Shown here piece after piece: positions 28,230-37,485 of a stretch of DNA of 64,000 nucleotides. Origin of the DNA: Minisyncoccota bacterium. GTDB lineage: Bacteria; Patescibacteriota; Minisyncoccia; Phycocordibacterales; UBA9973. The notes below the pieces were generated by a model that made no database searches, was not told the DNA's origin, and worked only from the letters and a program-made list of their open reading frames with translations. The position numbers were made by a program, and so were the translations under genes. Location: the NCBI GenBank assembly GCA_041666045.1, contig JBAYHR010000001.1:21107-85106 (forward strand), written 5' to 3'. How positions within the stretch are numbered: position 1 is the first letter of the stretch; the number at the start of each line of letters is the position of its first letter.

Positions 28230-29879
28230 ATGCAATCTAATGAAATAAGAGAGAAGTTTTTAAAATTTTTTGAATCAAAAGGACATAAAATAATGCCTTC
28301 TTCTTCGCTTGTTCCAGAGAATGATCCATCTGTGCTTTTTACGACGGCAGGGATGCAACAATTTAAAAAATATTATTTAGATCCAAGTTTAGCTGATAAA
28401 GAATTAGGAAGTAAAAATATCACAACAGTTCAAAAATGTGTTCGCACAGGAGATATTGATGAAGTTGGAGACAATACACACAATACTTTTTTTGAAATGC
28501 TCGGTAATTTTTCTTTTGGTGGATATGGAAGAAGAGAAGCTATTACATATGCATATGAATTTATTACAAAAGAAATGAATTTGGAAATTTCTTATGTGAC
28601 AGTTTATCAAGGGAGTGAAAATGTTCCAAAAGACGAAGAGTCAAAAAACATTTGGCAAGAACTTGGTTTGAAAGATATTAAAGAAGAAGGAGCTGATGTG
28701 TTTTGGGGTCCGACTGGAGATTCTGGTCCTTGTGGCCCAACGACTGAAATATATTGCAAAAATGCATCTGGTGAAGATGTAGAGATTTGGAATATAGTTT
28801 TTAATGAATATTTTTGTGATGGATCAAGAGAGCAATTAGATAAAGGTGAAGCAAAATTAGAAAAACTTTCAATTCTTGGAGTTGATACAGGAATGGGATT
28901 AGAAAGATTGGTTATGACAGTTCAAAAAAAAGAAAGTATATACAGTACAGATTTATTTAATAATGAAAAAACAAAAGAAGAAAGAATTATTGCGGATCAC
29001 ATTAGAGCATCTTTGTTTATGATTTCAGATGGAGTGTTGGCTTCAAATACAGGAAGAGGATATATTTTACGTCGTCTGATTCGTCGCGCTGTGAGATTTT
29101 CAAAAGATCCTAGTGAACTAGAAAAAATAATTGAAAGAAATAAAAAGCTTTATAATGGAGTTTATAAATTAGATGATAATGGTGAAATAAATAAAGAAGA
29201 AAATAAATTTAGAGAAACTTTAGAAAAGGGTATGAAAGAATTTGAAAAAGGGGTAGATCCATTTGTTCTTTTTACTACTTATGGTTTTCCAATAGAATTT
29301 ACATTAGAACTTGCAAAAGAAAATGGAATAAAGATAGATATCGAAGATTTTAATAAAAAAATGGAAGAACATCAAAAACTTTCTCAGACAGCTTCCGCTG
29401 GCATGTTTAAGGGAGGGCTTGCTAGTCATAGTGAAAAATCTACAAAACTTCATACAGCACATCATCTACTTTTAGCTGCTTTAAAGAATGTAGTTAGTCC
29501 TGAAATTAAACAAAAGGGAAGTAATATTACAGACGAGCGTTTGAGGATAGATTTTTCTTTTGATAGAAAATTAACAGATGAAGAAAAGAAAAAAGTGGAA
29601 GATTTAGTAAATGAAAAGATAAAAGCTGGTCTTGATGTTGTAAAAAAAGAAATGCCGTTAGAAGAAGCTAAGAAAATAGGGGCAGAAATGGAATTCGGAA
29701 CTAAATATCCTGATATTGTTTCTGTGTATATGGTGTTTGATAAAAATGGAGATGCTTTTTCTAAGGAATTTTGTGGTGGTCCACATGTTGCCAATACTAG
29801 TGAATTAGGAACTTTTAAAATACAAAAAGAAGAAGCAAGTTCTCAAGGTGTTCGCAGAATAAAAGCTATACTGATATAG
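28230..29879 (+). CDS. alaS: alanine--tRNA ligase, short form (catalytic and editing domains, no C-Ala domain)
   Basis: N-terminal FLKFFESKGHKIMPSSSLVPENDPSVLFTTAGM. Editing motifs HTAHHLL and CGGPHV. Only 549 aa. Confidence 0.8.
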   Translation: MQSNEIREKFLKFFESKGHKIMPSSSLVPENDPSVLFTTAGMQQFKKYYLDPSLADKELGSKNITTVQKCVRTGDIDEVGDNTHNTFFEMLGNFSFGGYGRREAITYAYEFITKEMNLEISYVTVYQGSENVPKDEESKNIWQELGLKDIKEEGADVFWGPTGDSGPCGPTTEIYCKNASGEDVEIWNIVFNEYFCDGSREQLDKGEAKLEKLSILGVDTGMGLERLVMTVQKKESIYSTDLFNNEKTKEERIIADHIRASLFMISDGVLASNTGRGYILRRLIRRAVRFSKDPSELEKIIERNKKLYNGVYKLDDNGEINKEENKFRETLEKGMKEFEKGVDPFVLFTTYGFPIEFTLELAKENGIKIDIEDFNKKMEEHQKLSQTASAGMFKGGLASHSEKSTKLHTAHHLLLAALKNVVSPEIKQKGSNITDERLRIDFSFDRKLTDEEKKKVEDLVNEKIKAGLDVVKKEMPLEEAKKIGAEMEFGTKYPDIVSVYMVFDKNGDAFSKEFCGGPHVANTSELGTFKIQKEEASSQGVRRIKAILI

Positions 29880-29903
29880 TTTTCTTTGTGATATAATTAA
29901 ATC

Positions 29904-31085
29904 ATGGGGATTTTTTCAAAAGATAAAAAGAAAAAAGATCTTACTCTAATATTTGATATTGGTTCATCTTCTGTTGGCGGAGCGCTTTGTTATATTGAAA
30001 ATTCTGGTACTCCAAAAATAATTTATTCTATTCGTGAGCCAATCTCAATTCAAAATGAAGTTAGTTTTGATACATTATTATCTTCAATAATGAAATCTCT
30101 TGATATTGTGGCAAATAAAATTTGTACGATGGGTTTTGGAAAACCCGATAAAATTTTTTGTTTTCTTTCGTCTTTATTATATGGTTCACAAACTAGAACC
30201 ATTAAATTAGAGAAAAATAATTCTTTTATTTTTACTTTAAAAATTGCTGATAGTCTTATTAAAAAAGAGATAAGTCTTTTTGAAGAAGAACGTTTAATAA
30301 AACATATTCATTCTAATGAGCAAATTAGACCGATTGAATTAAAAAATATGAAAACTATGCTCAATGGTTATGCCGTTGATAAACCTTTAGATAAAAAAAT
30401 TAAAGAAATTGAAATGAATGTTTTTATTTCAATGAGTTCAGATGAAATACTTAAAAAAATAGAATATACAATAGGTAAATATTTTAATCCTAAAGATATA
30501 AAATTTTCTTCTTTTCTGATGGCATTTTTTACTGTAATTCGTGATATGTTTGCATACCATGAAAGTTTCCTTTTAGTTGATATTGATGGGGAAATTACTG
30601 ATATTTCAATAATAAAAAATGATGTATTGTGTGAGTCAATTTCTTTTCCTAATGGACTTAATTTTATAACACGTGGAGTTGCAAATTTTTTAAATTTATC
30701 ACTAGATGAAGCAAAGTCGCTTATCTCTCTTTATAAAGATGATTATATGGAAGAGCAAATAAAAAAGAAATTTGATCCAGTGATAAATAAATTAAAAGAA
30801 GAATGGCTGAAAAAATTTCAAGAATCTTTATTTAATATTTCAAATAATATTTCTATTCCATTAAATATTTTTTTAATAAGCGATAAAGACTTTTTAGATT
30901 TTTTTACAAAAATAATTAAAACTGAAGAGTTTAATCAATATGCTTTAACTCAATCAAAATTCAAAATAACTTCTTTAAACACAAAAGAACTTCACGGCAT
31001 AGCAACTTTTAAGGAAAATATATATCGTGATCCTTTTCTTACTATTGAATCTATTTACATTAATCGTCTTTCTGATAAAATATAG
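29904..31085 (+). CDS. actin-like ATPase domain protein (FtsA/PilM-like)
   Basis: Phosphate-1 LIFDIGSSSVGGAL and phosphate-2-like LLVDIDGEITDISI. 393 aa. Confidence 0.4.
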   Translation: MGIFSKDKKKKDLTLIFDIGSSSVGGALCYIENSGTPKIIYSIREPISIQNEVSFDTLLSSIMKSLDIVANKICTMGFGKPDKIFCFLSSLLYGSQTRTIKLEKNNSFIFTLKIADSLIKKEISLFEEERLIKHIHSNEQIRPIELKNMKTMLNGYAVDKPLDKKIKEIEMNVFISMSSDEILKKIEYTIGKYFNPKDIKFSSFLMAFFTVIRDMFAYHESFLLVDIDGEITDISIIKNDVLCESISFPNGLNFITRGVANFLNLSLDEAKSLISLYKDDYMEEQIKKKFDPVINKLKEEWLKKFQESLFNISNNISIPLNIFLISDKDFLDFFTKIIKTEEFNQYALTQSKFKITSLNTKELHGIATFKENIYRDPFLTIESIYINRLSDKI

Positions 31086-31088
31086 TTA

Positions 31089-31160
31089 CTTGTCCCGTTA
31101 GAAATTCGACTGACGGGCAATAAAGATAAAATTATTAATATTTAAATTTCTAATGGGATG
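31089..31160 (+). promoter_or_regulatory. 5' leader hairpin element (ACTTGTCCCGTTAGAAATT ... AAATTTCTAATGGG-ATG)
   Basis: Same stem as 27676-27747. Loop begins with the shared CGACTGACG motif. The 3' arm abuts ATG 31158. Confidence 0.55.
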
Positions 31161-32444
31161 TCAAAAAATTTACTTCAAGATATAATAAAAGTTAAATATG
31201 TAAAAAAGGAGAAAGAGGAAGTTCCACAAAGGATTGAACGTCCGGAATCTCGTATTTTTTCTCGTCCAAAATTTTCTGAACCAGAATTTACTGAAGAAGA
31301 GGATAATAAAAAACCGCGTTATTCTTTATGGATTGTAGCTTTGGTTTCAATTGTATTTCTTTTTTTTGCAATTTCCTTTTTATTTTCTGGAGCAAAAATC
31401 ACAATTAATCCTAAAACAAAAGATATTTCTTTGAATCAAAACTTTTCTGCGGTGAAAGATTCTAACAATAGCGATACTTTATCTTTTGATTTAGTGGCTA
31501 TTTCTGGTGAAGAAAATAAGATAGTTCAAGTAGATGAAGAAAAAGATTTATTGGTAAAAGCAGAAGGTATTGTTGTAATTTATAATGCTTTTAATTCTTC
31601 TTCTCAAACTCTTGATATAGATACACGTTTAGAAGGATCAAATGGAAAAATTTACAAAACTAAAGAAAAGATAAAAGTTCCAGGCATGACAAAAGATGGT
31701 AAACCAGGTTCTGTTGAAGTTGGCATATATGGGGTAGAAGCTGGGGAAGAATACAATAGTACTCCGCTTGATTTTAAAATTTTTGGTTTTAAGGGAAGTT
31801 CTAAGTATGATAAGTTTTATGCAAGATCAAAGGGAGAAATAATTGGGGGTATTATTGGTAAATTTTATCAAATTTCTGATACTGAAAAAGTAGCAGTTGT
31901 GAATGAATTAAAAGATACACTTAAAACAAAACTTTTAGAAAAAATAAACGATCAAATTCCAAATGGCTTTGTATTATTTAAAGATGCTGTATTTCTTAAT
32001 ATAAATAATGAAAATCAAAGTTTTGTTTCTAAAGATAATCAAGTGCCTGTCAATATAAAAGGCACGCTTTACGGTTTTTTATTTAATGGAGAAAAATTAA
32101 CAAAGAAAATTATTGAAACTGATGTTGAAGATTATGATGGCAGTGATGTTTACATATCTAATCTTAGTAATTTAATATTTTCTATTTCAGGTGGAGAAAT
32201 TGCCTCATTTAAAGATGTAAAAAATATTGATTTTAATTTATCTGGTACTGCTAAAATCGTTTGGAATTTTGATGGAGAAAAACTTATTACAGATCTTTTA
32301 GGAAAGAAAAAGAAAGATTTTAATCAAATTTTAACGCTATATTCCAATATAGAGTCTGCAGATTTAGTAATTAAACCTGCTTGGAAAAATTCTTTTCCTG
32401 ATAAAAGTAAAGATATAAAAATTATAGTGAATTATCCTAATTAA
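31158..32444 (+). CDS. membrane-anchored protein of unknown function (428 aa)
   Basis: Single TM near residue 60, then a large extracytoplasmic domain. Follows the FtsA-like gene. Confidence 0.45.
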   Translation: MSKNLLQDIIKVKYVKKEKEEVPQRIERPESRIFSRPKFSEPEFTEEEDNKKPRYSLWIVALVSIVFLFFAISFLFSGAKITINPKTKDISLNQNFSAVKDSNNSDTLSFDLVAISGEENKIVQVDEEKDLLVKAEGIVVIYNAFNSSSQTLDIDTRLEGSNGKIYKTKEKIKVPGMTKDGKPGSVEVGIYGVEAGEEYNSTPLDFKIFGFKGSSKYDKFYARSKGEIIGGIIGKFYQISDTEKVAVVNELKDTLKTKLLEKINDQIPNGFVLFKDAVFLNINNENQSFVSKDNQVPVNIKGTLYGFLFNGEKLTKKIIETDVEDYDGSDVYISNLSNLIFSISGGEIASFKDVKNIDFNLSGTAKIVWNFDGEKLITDLLGKKKKDFNQILTLYSNIESADLVIKPAWKNSFPDKSKDIKIIVNYPN

Positions 32445-32500
32445 TTTTCCACTTTTATATTTGACTTTATATTTAATTTTGTTAGAATTATTAAATCCAA

Positions 32501-32770
32501 ATGAGTGATCTGAAAAATGAAAAAATTTTAACAGCACATGGTTTTATAACTGAAGCCTTGCCCAGTACTTTGTTTAGAGTAAAGATATCTGCCCGAAATG
32601 CTTCGCATAGCGATGCAGGCGGGGAAGACAAAGTGGAAGGTGAGAAAGAAATCCTTGCTTACCTTTCAGGTAAAATGCGAATGCATAGGATTAAGGTTTT
32701 AATTGGAGATTCTGTTGAAGTGGTTTTAGATCCCTATGGTGGAAAAGGAAGAATAGTTAAAAGGTTGTAA
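32501..32770 (+). CDS. infA: translation initiation factor IF-1 with an ~18-aa in-frame insertion
   Basis: S1 domain LPSTLFRV...LSGKMRMHRIKVLIGDSVEV...GKGRIV. Extra SARNASHSDAGGEDKVEGEK is absent from canonical 72-aa IF-1. Confidence 0.85.
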   Translation: MSDLKNEKILTAHGFITEALPSTLFRVKISARNASHSDAGGEDKVEGEKEILAYLSGKMRMHRIKVLIGDSVEVVLDPYGGKGRIVKRL

Positions 32771-32882
32771 TTTTTTTAATAATGGTGTATCATAGTAATT
32801 ACGGTTTTTAAAAAATGAAAAAGATTGAAAAATAAGGGTTTCCCCCTTGTTTTTATCTTGTTTTGAATAAAAATGTATTTTT

Positions 32883-32993
32883 ATGAAAATTAAATCAGCA
32901 GTAAAAAAAATTTGTGATAATTGTAAAATAGTAAAACGCCAAAGGCATTTGCGAGTAATTTGTTCTAACCCAAAACATAAGCAAAAACAATAA
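32883..32993 (+). CDS. rpmJ: 50S ribosomal protein L36
   Basis: [36 protein letters not shown]. Zinc-ribbon CxxC...C...H pattern. Missed by the track because it is only 36 aa. Confidence 0.8.
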   Translation: MKIKSAVKKICDNCKIVKRQRHLRVICSNPKHKQKQ

Positions 32994-32996
32994 TTT

Positions 32997-33377
32997 ATGA
33001 GAATTCTTGGAATAACAGTACCAAATGAAAAGAGACTTGAGATTGGATTAACATGCCTTTATGGTATTGGCGTTTCTTCTGCTCGTAAGATTTTAGATCA
33101 AGTTGGAATTGATCATGGTAAAAAAGCAAAAGATCTAACTGATGCTGAAGAAAATAAAATTCGTGCAATAGTTGAAGGAATGACGATAGAGGGAAATTTA
33201 AAAAGAGAAGTTTCTGCAAATATTAAAAGATTGAAAGATATAAAATCTCACAGAGGTGTTCGTCACATGAAGAGATTACCAGTAAGAGGTCAAAGAACTA
33301 AAACAAATTCAAGAACAGTTAGAGGAAATGTTAGAAAAACAATGGCATCAGGTAAAAGAAAAGAAAGTAAAACATAG
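32997..33377 (+). CDS. rpsM: 30S ribosomal protein S13
   Basis: MRILGITVPNEKRLEIGLTCLYGIG... Confidence 0.9.
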   Translation: MRILGITVPNEKRLEIGLTCLYGIGVSSARKILDQVGIDHGKKAKDLTDAEENKIRAIVEGMTIEGNLKREVSANIKRLKDIKSHRGVRHMKRLPVRGQRTKTNSRTVRGNVRKTMASGKRKESKT

Positions 33378-33410
33378 TTCGACAAGCTCACTATAAATAA
33401 ATTAATTAAA

Positions 33411-33842
33411 ATGGGAAAAACAAAAATTACAACAGAATCAAATACAGAAACACCAAAAGAAGAAAAGGTGGTACAAACAAAAACTTCAAAGAAGAAAATA
33501 ATTTCCGGTGTTTTGCATGTTGATGCAACTTTTAATAATACCAAAGTTCTCTTTTCTGATAAATTAGGTAATTCATTATTTTGGTCAAGTTCCGGTTCTT
33601 TGGGTTTTAAGGGTGCAAAAAAAGGAACTCCATTTGCAGCATCTAAAGTTGGCGATATTATTGGAAGTAAAGCAGAAATACTTGGAGTAAAAGATTCAGA
33701 TGTTGTAGTACGAGGAGTTGGATCTGGACGTGAACCAGCAATTAGAGCATTTATGGCTCATGGCATAGAAATTACTTCTATCAAAGACGCTACACCAGTA
33801 CCACATAATGGACCAAAAGCTAAGAAGCCAAGACGTGTATAA
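33411..33842 (+). CDS. rpsK: 30S ribosomal protein S11
   Basis: GVLHVDATFNNTKVLFSD...VRGVGSGREPAIRA. Confidence 0.9.
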   Translation: MGKTKITTESNTETPKEEKVVQTKTSKKKIISGVLHVDATFNNTKVLFSDKLGNSLFWSSSGSLGFKGAKKGTPFAASKVGDIIGSKAEILGVKDSDVVVRGVGSGREPAIRAFMAHGIEITSIKDATPVPHNGPKAKKPRRV

Positions 33843-33868
33843 AAGTTTACAAATAAAATAAATTAACA

Positions 33869-34474
33869 ATGATATCAAAACCAAAATTTAAAATTTGCAG
33901 AAGATTAGGACCAGGAGTTTATGACAAATGTCAAACTTCTAAGTTTTCTTCTGCTTCTGGAAAATTTGCTGGACCCGGAGCGCGTCGCCCAAAGGCTCTT
34001 TCTGAATATGGAGCTCAACTTGTTGAAAAACAGAAAATTCGTTTTTCTTATGGAATAACTGAACGTCAACTTTCAAATTATGTTAAAAAAGCTTCACATA
34101 TAAAAGGAGCTGGAACTGCAGAAAAATTTTATGAAGAACTTGAATCTCGTCTTGATAATGTAATTTATAGAATGGGACTTGGAAATAGCAGACGCGCAAC
34201 AAGACAAATGGTTTCCCATGGACATTTTATTGTTAATGATCACAAAGTTACTATTCCTTCATACGAAGTGAAAGTTGGGGATGTAATAAAAATACGTGAA
34301 GGATCTAAGACTAAGAAAATTTTTGAAAATTTAGTTGAGAAAGTTAAGGATTATAATCCTCCAGCATGGGTTTCATTTGATGCAGTTAAGATGGAGGGAA
34401 AAGTTTTAGCTAAACCAAAAAATACAGAGATATTTCTTGATTTGAATGCTGTGCTTGAGTTCTATAGTCGTTAA
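33869..34474 (+). CDS. rpsD: 30S ribosomal protein S4
   Basis: RQMVSHGHFIVNDHKVTIPSYEVKVGDVIKI is the S4 domain. Confidence 0.9.
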   Translation: MISKPKFKICRRLGPGVYDKCQTSKFSSASGKFAGPGARRPKALSEYGAQLVEKQKIRFSYGITERQLSNYVKKASHIKGAGTAEKFYEELESRLDNVIYRMGLGNSRRATRQMVSHGHFIVNDHKVTIPSYEVKVGDVIKIREGSKTKKIFENLVEKVKDYNPPAWVSFDAVKMEGKVLAKPKNTEIFLDLNAVLEFYSR

Positions 34475-34526
34475 TTTTTTTTGAATTTGTTTTTATTATT
34501 AACTTTTAAAATTTTTATAAAAAAAT

Positions 34527-35516
34527 ATGCCTGAATATAAAATAATTATGCCTTCTAAACCACGTGTTGTTTTAGAAGAAGGAAATAAGGGAGTATTTGA
34601 AATAGACGGTTTGTATCCTGGATATGGCCATACGTTAGGAAATAGCTTAAGAAGAATTATTCTTTCTTCTTTGCCGGGCGCTAGTATTACATCTATAAAA
34701 ATTGATGGTGTTTCTCATGAATTTTCAACAATGGAAGGAGTTAAAGAAGATGTAATAGTAATAATTTTAAATTTGAAAAAAGCTCGTTTTAAAATGTTGT
34801 CTGATGAATCTCAGGTAGTTACTTTATCAATAAAAGGACCAAAAGATGTTACAGCTGGAGATATAAAGACTGGTGGACAAGTAGAAATTTTAAATCCAGA
34901 TCTTCACATAGCTTCTGTTACAGGTAAAGTTAATTTAAATATTGAAATGACAATAGAGAAAGGTTTAGGTTTCATTGCAAAAGAAGTTTTGCAAAAAGAA
35001 AAAGTAGACGTAGGCACAATTAATGTTGATGCTATTTTTACTCCTATTCGTAGAGTTTCTTATGAAGTAGAAAATATGCGTGTTGGTGACAAAACGAACC
35101 ATAATCGCTTAAGAATTTCTATTGAAACAGATGGAACGTTAACTCCTCGTGAGGCTCTTTCAAAATGTATTGAAATAATGATAAATCAACTTAAAGCTAT
35201 TATTGATTTTAAGGAACCAGAGGAAGAAATTAAAATACCTGCCCGCAATGCTTCGCATGGCGATGTAGGTGGGGAAAAGTCTGACTCTGAAGATAAAAAA
35301 GGAGATGATTTTACTGATGTATTAAAAACTAGAACAGATAGTCTAGATCTTTCTACAAGAACCTTAAATGCCTTAACTGCTGCAAATATCAGAACACTTG
35401 GAGGTCTTGCAAGAAAAAAGAGAGAAGATTTGCTTGAAGTAGAAGGTATTGGAGAAAAAGGAATAACAGAAATAAAGAAAGTATTAAGTAAATTTGGATT
35501 AAACCTTAAGGAATAA
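34527..35516 (+). CDS. rpoA: DNA-directed RNA polymerase alpha subunit with in-frame insertion in the interdomain linker
   Basis: NTD and CTD (HhH TRTLNALTAANIRTLG) recognisable. The linker contains PARNASHGDVGGEKSDSEDKKG, whose DNA matches the infA insert. Confidence 0.9.
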   Translation: MPEYKIIMPSKPRVVLEEGNKGVFEIDGLYPGYGHTLGNSLRRIILSSLPGASITSIKIDGVSHEFSTMEGVKEDVIVIILNLKKARFKMLSDESQVVTLSIKGPKDVTAGDIKTGGQVEILNPDLHIASVTGKVNLNIEMTIEKGLGFIAKEVLQKEKVDVGTINVDAIFTPIRRVSYEVENMRVGDKTNHNRLRISIETDGTLTPREALSKCIEIMINQLKAIIDFKEPEEEIKIPARNASHGDVGGEKSDSEDKKGDDFTDVLKTRTDSLDLSTRTLNALTAANIRTLGGLARKKREDLLEVEGIGEKGITEIKKVLSKFGLNLKE

Positions 35517-35549
35517 ATTACTAGAATCTAGCAACTAGAACCTAATTAT

Positions 35550-35903
35550 ATGAGACACCATAATAGTAAAAGAAAATTTGGAAGAGAAAAAAATGAAAGA
35601 AAAGCCTTGCTTAATTCTTTGGCGCTTAATTTGATCATACGTGAAAAAATTAAAACAACAGAACCAAAAGCAAAAGAATTAAAACCTTTTATTGAAAAAC
35701 TTGTAACTCGTGCAAAAAAGGGAGATTTAGCTACACGTAGAACAGTTATATCCAAACTTTCAAATCGCAGTCGTGAAGTTAAAAAGCTCTTTGAGGTGAT
35801 AGCACCAAAGTATGCTGACAAAAAAGGAGGATATACAAGAGTTTTGAAATTAGGAGCAAGAAAGTCTGATGGAGCAAAGATGGCAATAATAGAATTTGTG
35901 TAA
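35550..35903 (+). CDS. rplQ: 50S ribosomal protein L17
   Basis: MRHHNSKRKFGREKNERKALLNSLA... Confidence 0.9.
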   Translation: MRHHNSKRKFGREKNERKALLNSLALNLIIREKIKTTEPKAKELKPFIEKLVTRAKKGDLATRRTVISKLSNRSREVKKLFEVIAPKYADKKGGYTRVLKLGARKSDGAKMAIIEFV

Positions 35904-35933
35904 TTTTAATAAATGATTTAGTATCAAATATAT

Positions 35934-36290
35934 ATGAAAAAGACAGAAGACAAAGTAATAGATGCAAGTGGAAGAACTCTGGGAAGAGTGGCTAGTGAAG
36001 TAGCTACAATTTTGATGGGTAAAAATAAGCCTACATTCGAAAGACATGCTTATACCGGCTTTCCAGTTAAGGTTGTAAATGCTTCAAAACTTCGCATAAC
36101 AGCTAAAAAATTAGAAAGTATATATCACCAAAGATATTCAGGAATGAGAGGAGGTTTGCGTACTTTTAAAGGTACAGAAACAGCAGAAAAGAAAGGATTG
36201 AAAGAATTAATAAAACTTGCAACTTTCCAAATGCTTCCTGATAATAAAATAAGAAGAGAAATGATGAAGCATTTAAAAATAGAAGATTAA
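35934..36290 (+). CDS. rplM: 50S ribosomal protein L13 (short)
   Basis: VIDASGRTLGRVASEVATILMGKNKPTF... Synteny with rpsI. Confidence 0.75.
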   Translation: MKKTEDKVIDASGRTLGRVASEVATILMGKNKPTFERHAYTGFPVKVVNASKLRITAKKLESIYHQRYSGMRGGLRTFKGTETAEKKGLKELIKLATFQMLPDNKIRREMMKHLKIED

Positions 36291-36307
36291 AATTTATTTA
36301 TATAATT

Positions 36308-36730
36308 ATGGCAGAAAAAAAATCAACAGAAAAATATATTGAGGCAATAGGTAGAAGAAAAACTTCAACTGCGAGAGTTCGTATTACTGAATCTTCAAAA
36401 GCAAGTTTTACTGTAAATGGTAAAGATGCAAAAGATTATTTTCAAACAGAAGATGAACGTCGTTTGATTCAAGATCCTATGGTTAAAGGTTTAACTACTG
36501 GTAAGACAGCTGTAAAATGGAGTATTGAAGTTAAAGTTTCTGGTGGAGGAATTCATTCTCAAGCAGAAGCTGTACGTCATGGACTTTCTCGTGCTTTAGT
36601 TGTGCATGATGCAGAACTTCGTGGAAAATTAAAAACATTAGGATTCTTAAAGCGTGATCCAAGATCAAAAGAACGTAGAAAATTTGGACTTAAGAAAGCA
36701 AGAAAGGCCCCACAATGGAGTAAACGATAA
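36308..36730 (+). CDS. rpsI: 30S ribosomal protein S9
   Basis: GGGIHSQAEAVRHGLSRAL...RRKFGLKKARKAPQWSKR. Confidence 0.9.
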   Translation: MAEKKSTEKYIEAIGRRKTSTARVRITESSKASFTVNGKDAKDYFQTEDERRLIQDPMVKGLTTGKTAVKWSIEVKVSGGGIHSQAEAVRHGLSRALVVHDAELRGKLKTLGFLKRDPRSKERRKFGLKKARKAPQWSKR

Positions 36731-36822
36731 TTGATTATCGTTTACTGAGGTCCGCGAAGCGGAATTACCGATGTGAGTGTAAGCGAACAGGTAATAACGG
36801 GCCAAAACGTTAATTTCAAAAA

Positions 36823-36846
36823 CCCCCGAAAGGGGGTTTTTATTTT
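36823..36846 (+). terminator. intrinsic terminator
   Basis: aaaaacccccgaaagggggttttt followed by a T-run. Confidence 0.7.
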
Positions 36847-36870
36847 ATAAATTTGTGTTAAAATAAGTTC

Positions 36871-37485
36871 ATGAGTGATGAAGAAATAAAAAAATCTGAA
36901 AATATAGAAGAAATTCCTGTTTCTCCTGAAGAAGTTGATTCTGAGGTTGTAGAATTTGAATTTAATGATGATGGGGAAGAGGATTTAAAGAAGACCCTAA
37001 AGAAACTTAGAGCTGATTTAAAAGTTTGTAGAAAAGAAAAGGAAGAGTATTTAACTGGTTGGCAGAAAGAGCGAGCAGAATTTGCTAATTATAAAAAACA
37101 AGAAGAAGACAGAAAAGCAAACTTTTCGGAAGGCTTGCGAGAAAGAATACTTTCAAGATTTCTTACTGTTATAGATAGTTTCAATATGGCTTTTGCAAAT
37201 AAAGAAGGCTGGGAAAAAGTTGATGAAAATTGGCGTAAGGGTGTGGAATATATTTATACGCAGATGAATAATATTTTTGAAGAATATGGAGTAAAACCAG
37301 TAGGAGAAATAGGGGAATCTTTTGATCCAAGCATGCATGAATCAATAGAAATGGTACCAACTGATAAAAAACAAGATGATCATAAAGTTTCTCAAGTGGT
37401 TCAAAAAGGTTACAAATTAGGCGATCGCATTATTCGTCCAGCTAGGGTGAATATATTTGAATATAATGAATCAGCAGGAAAGTAG
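36871..37485 (+). CDS. grpE: nucleotide exchange factor GrpE
   Basis: Coiled-coil N-terminus. C-terminal GESFDPSMHESIEMVP...GDRIIRPARV. Confidence 0.8.
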   Translation: MSDEEIKKSENIEEIPVSPEEVDSEVVEFEFNDDGEEDLKKTLKKLRADLKVCRKEKEEYLTGWQKERAEFANYKKQEEDRKANFSEGLRERILSRFLTVIDSFNMAFANKEGWEKVDENWRKGVEYIYTQMNNIFEEYGVKPVGEIGESFDPSMHESIEMVPTDKKQDDHKVSQVVQKGYKLGDRIIRPARVNIFEYNESAGK

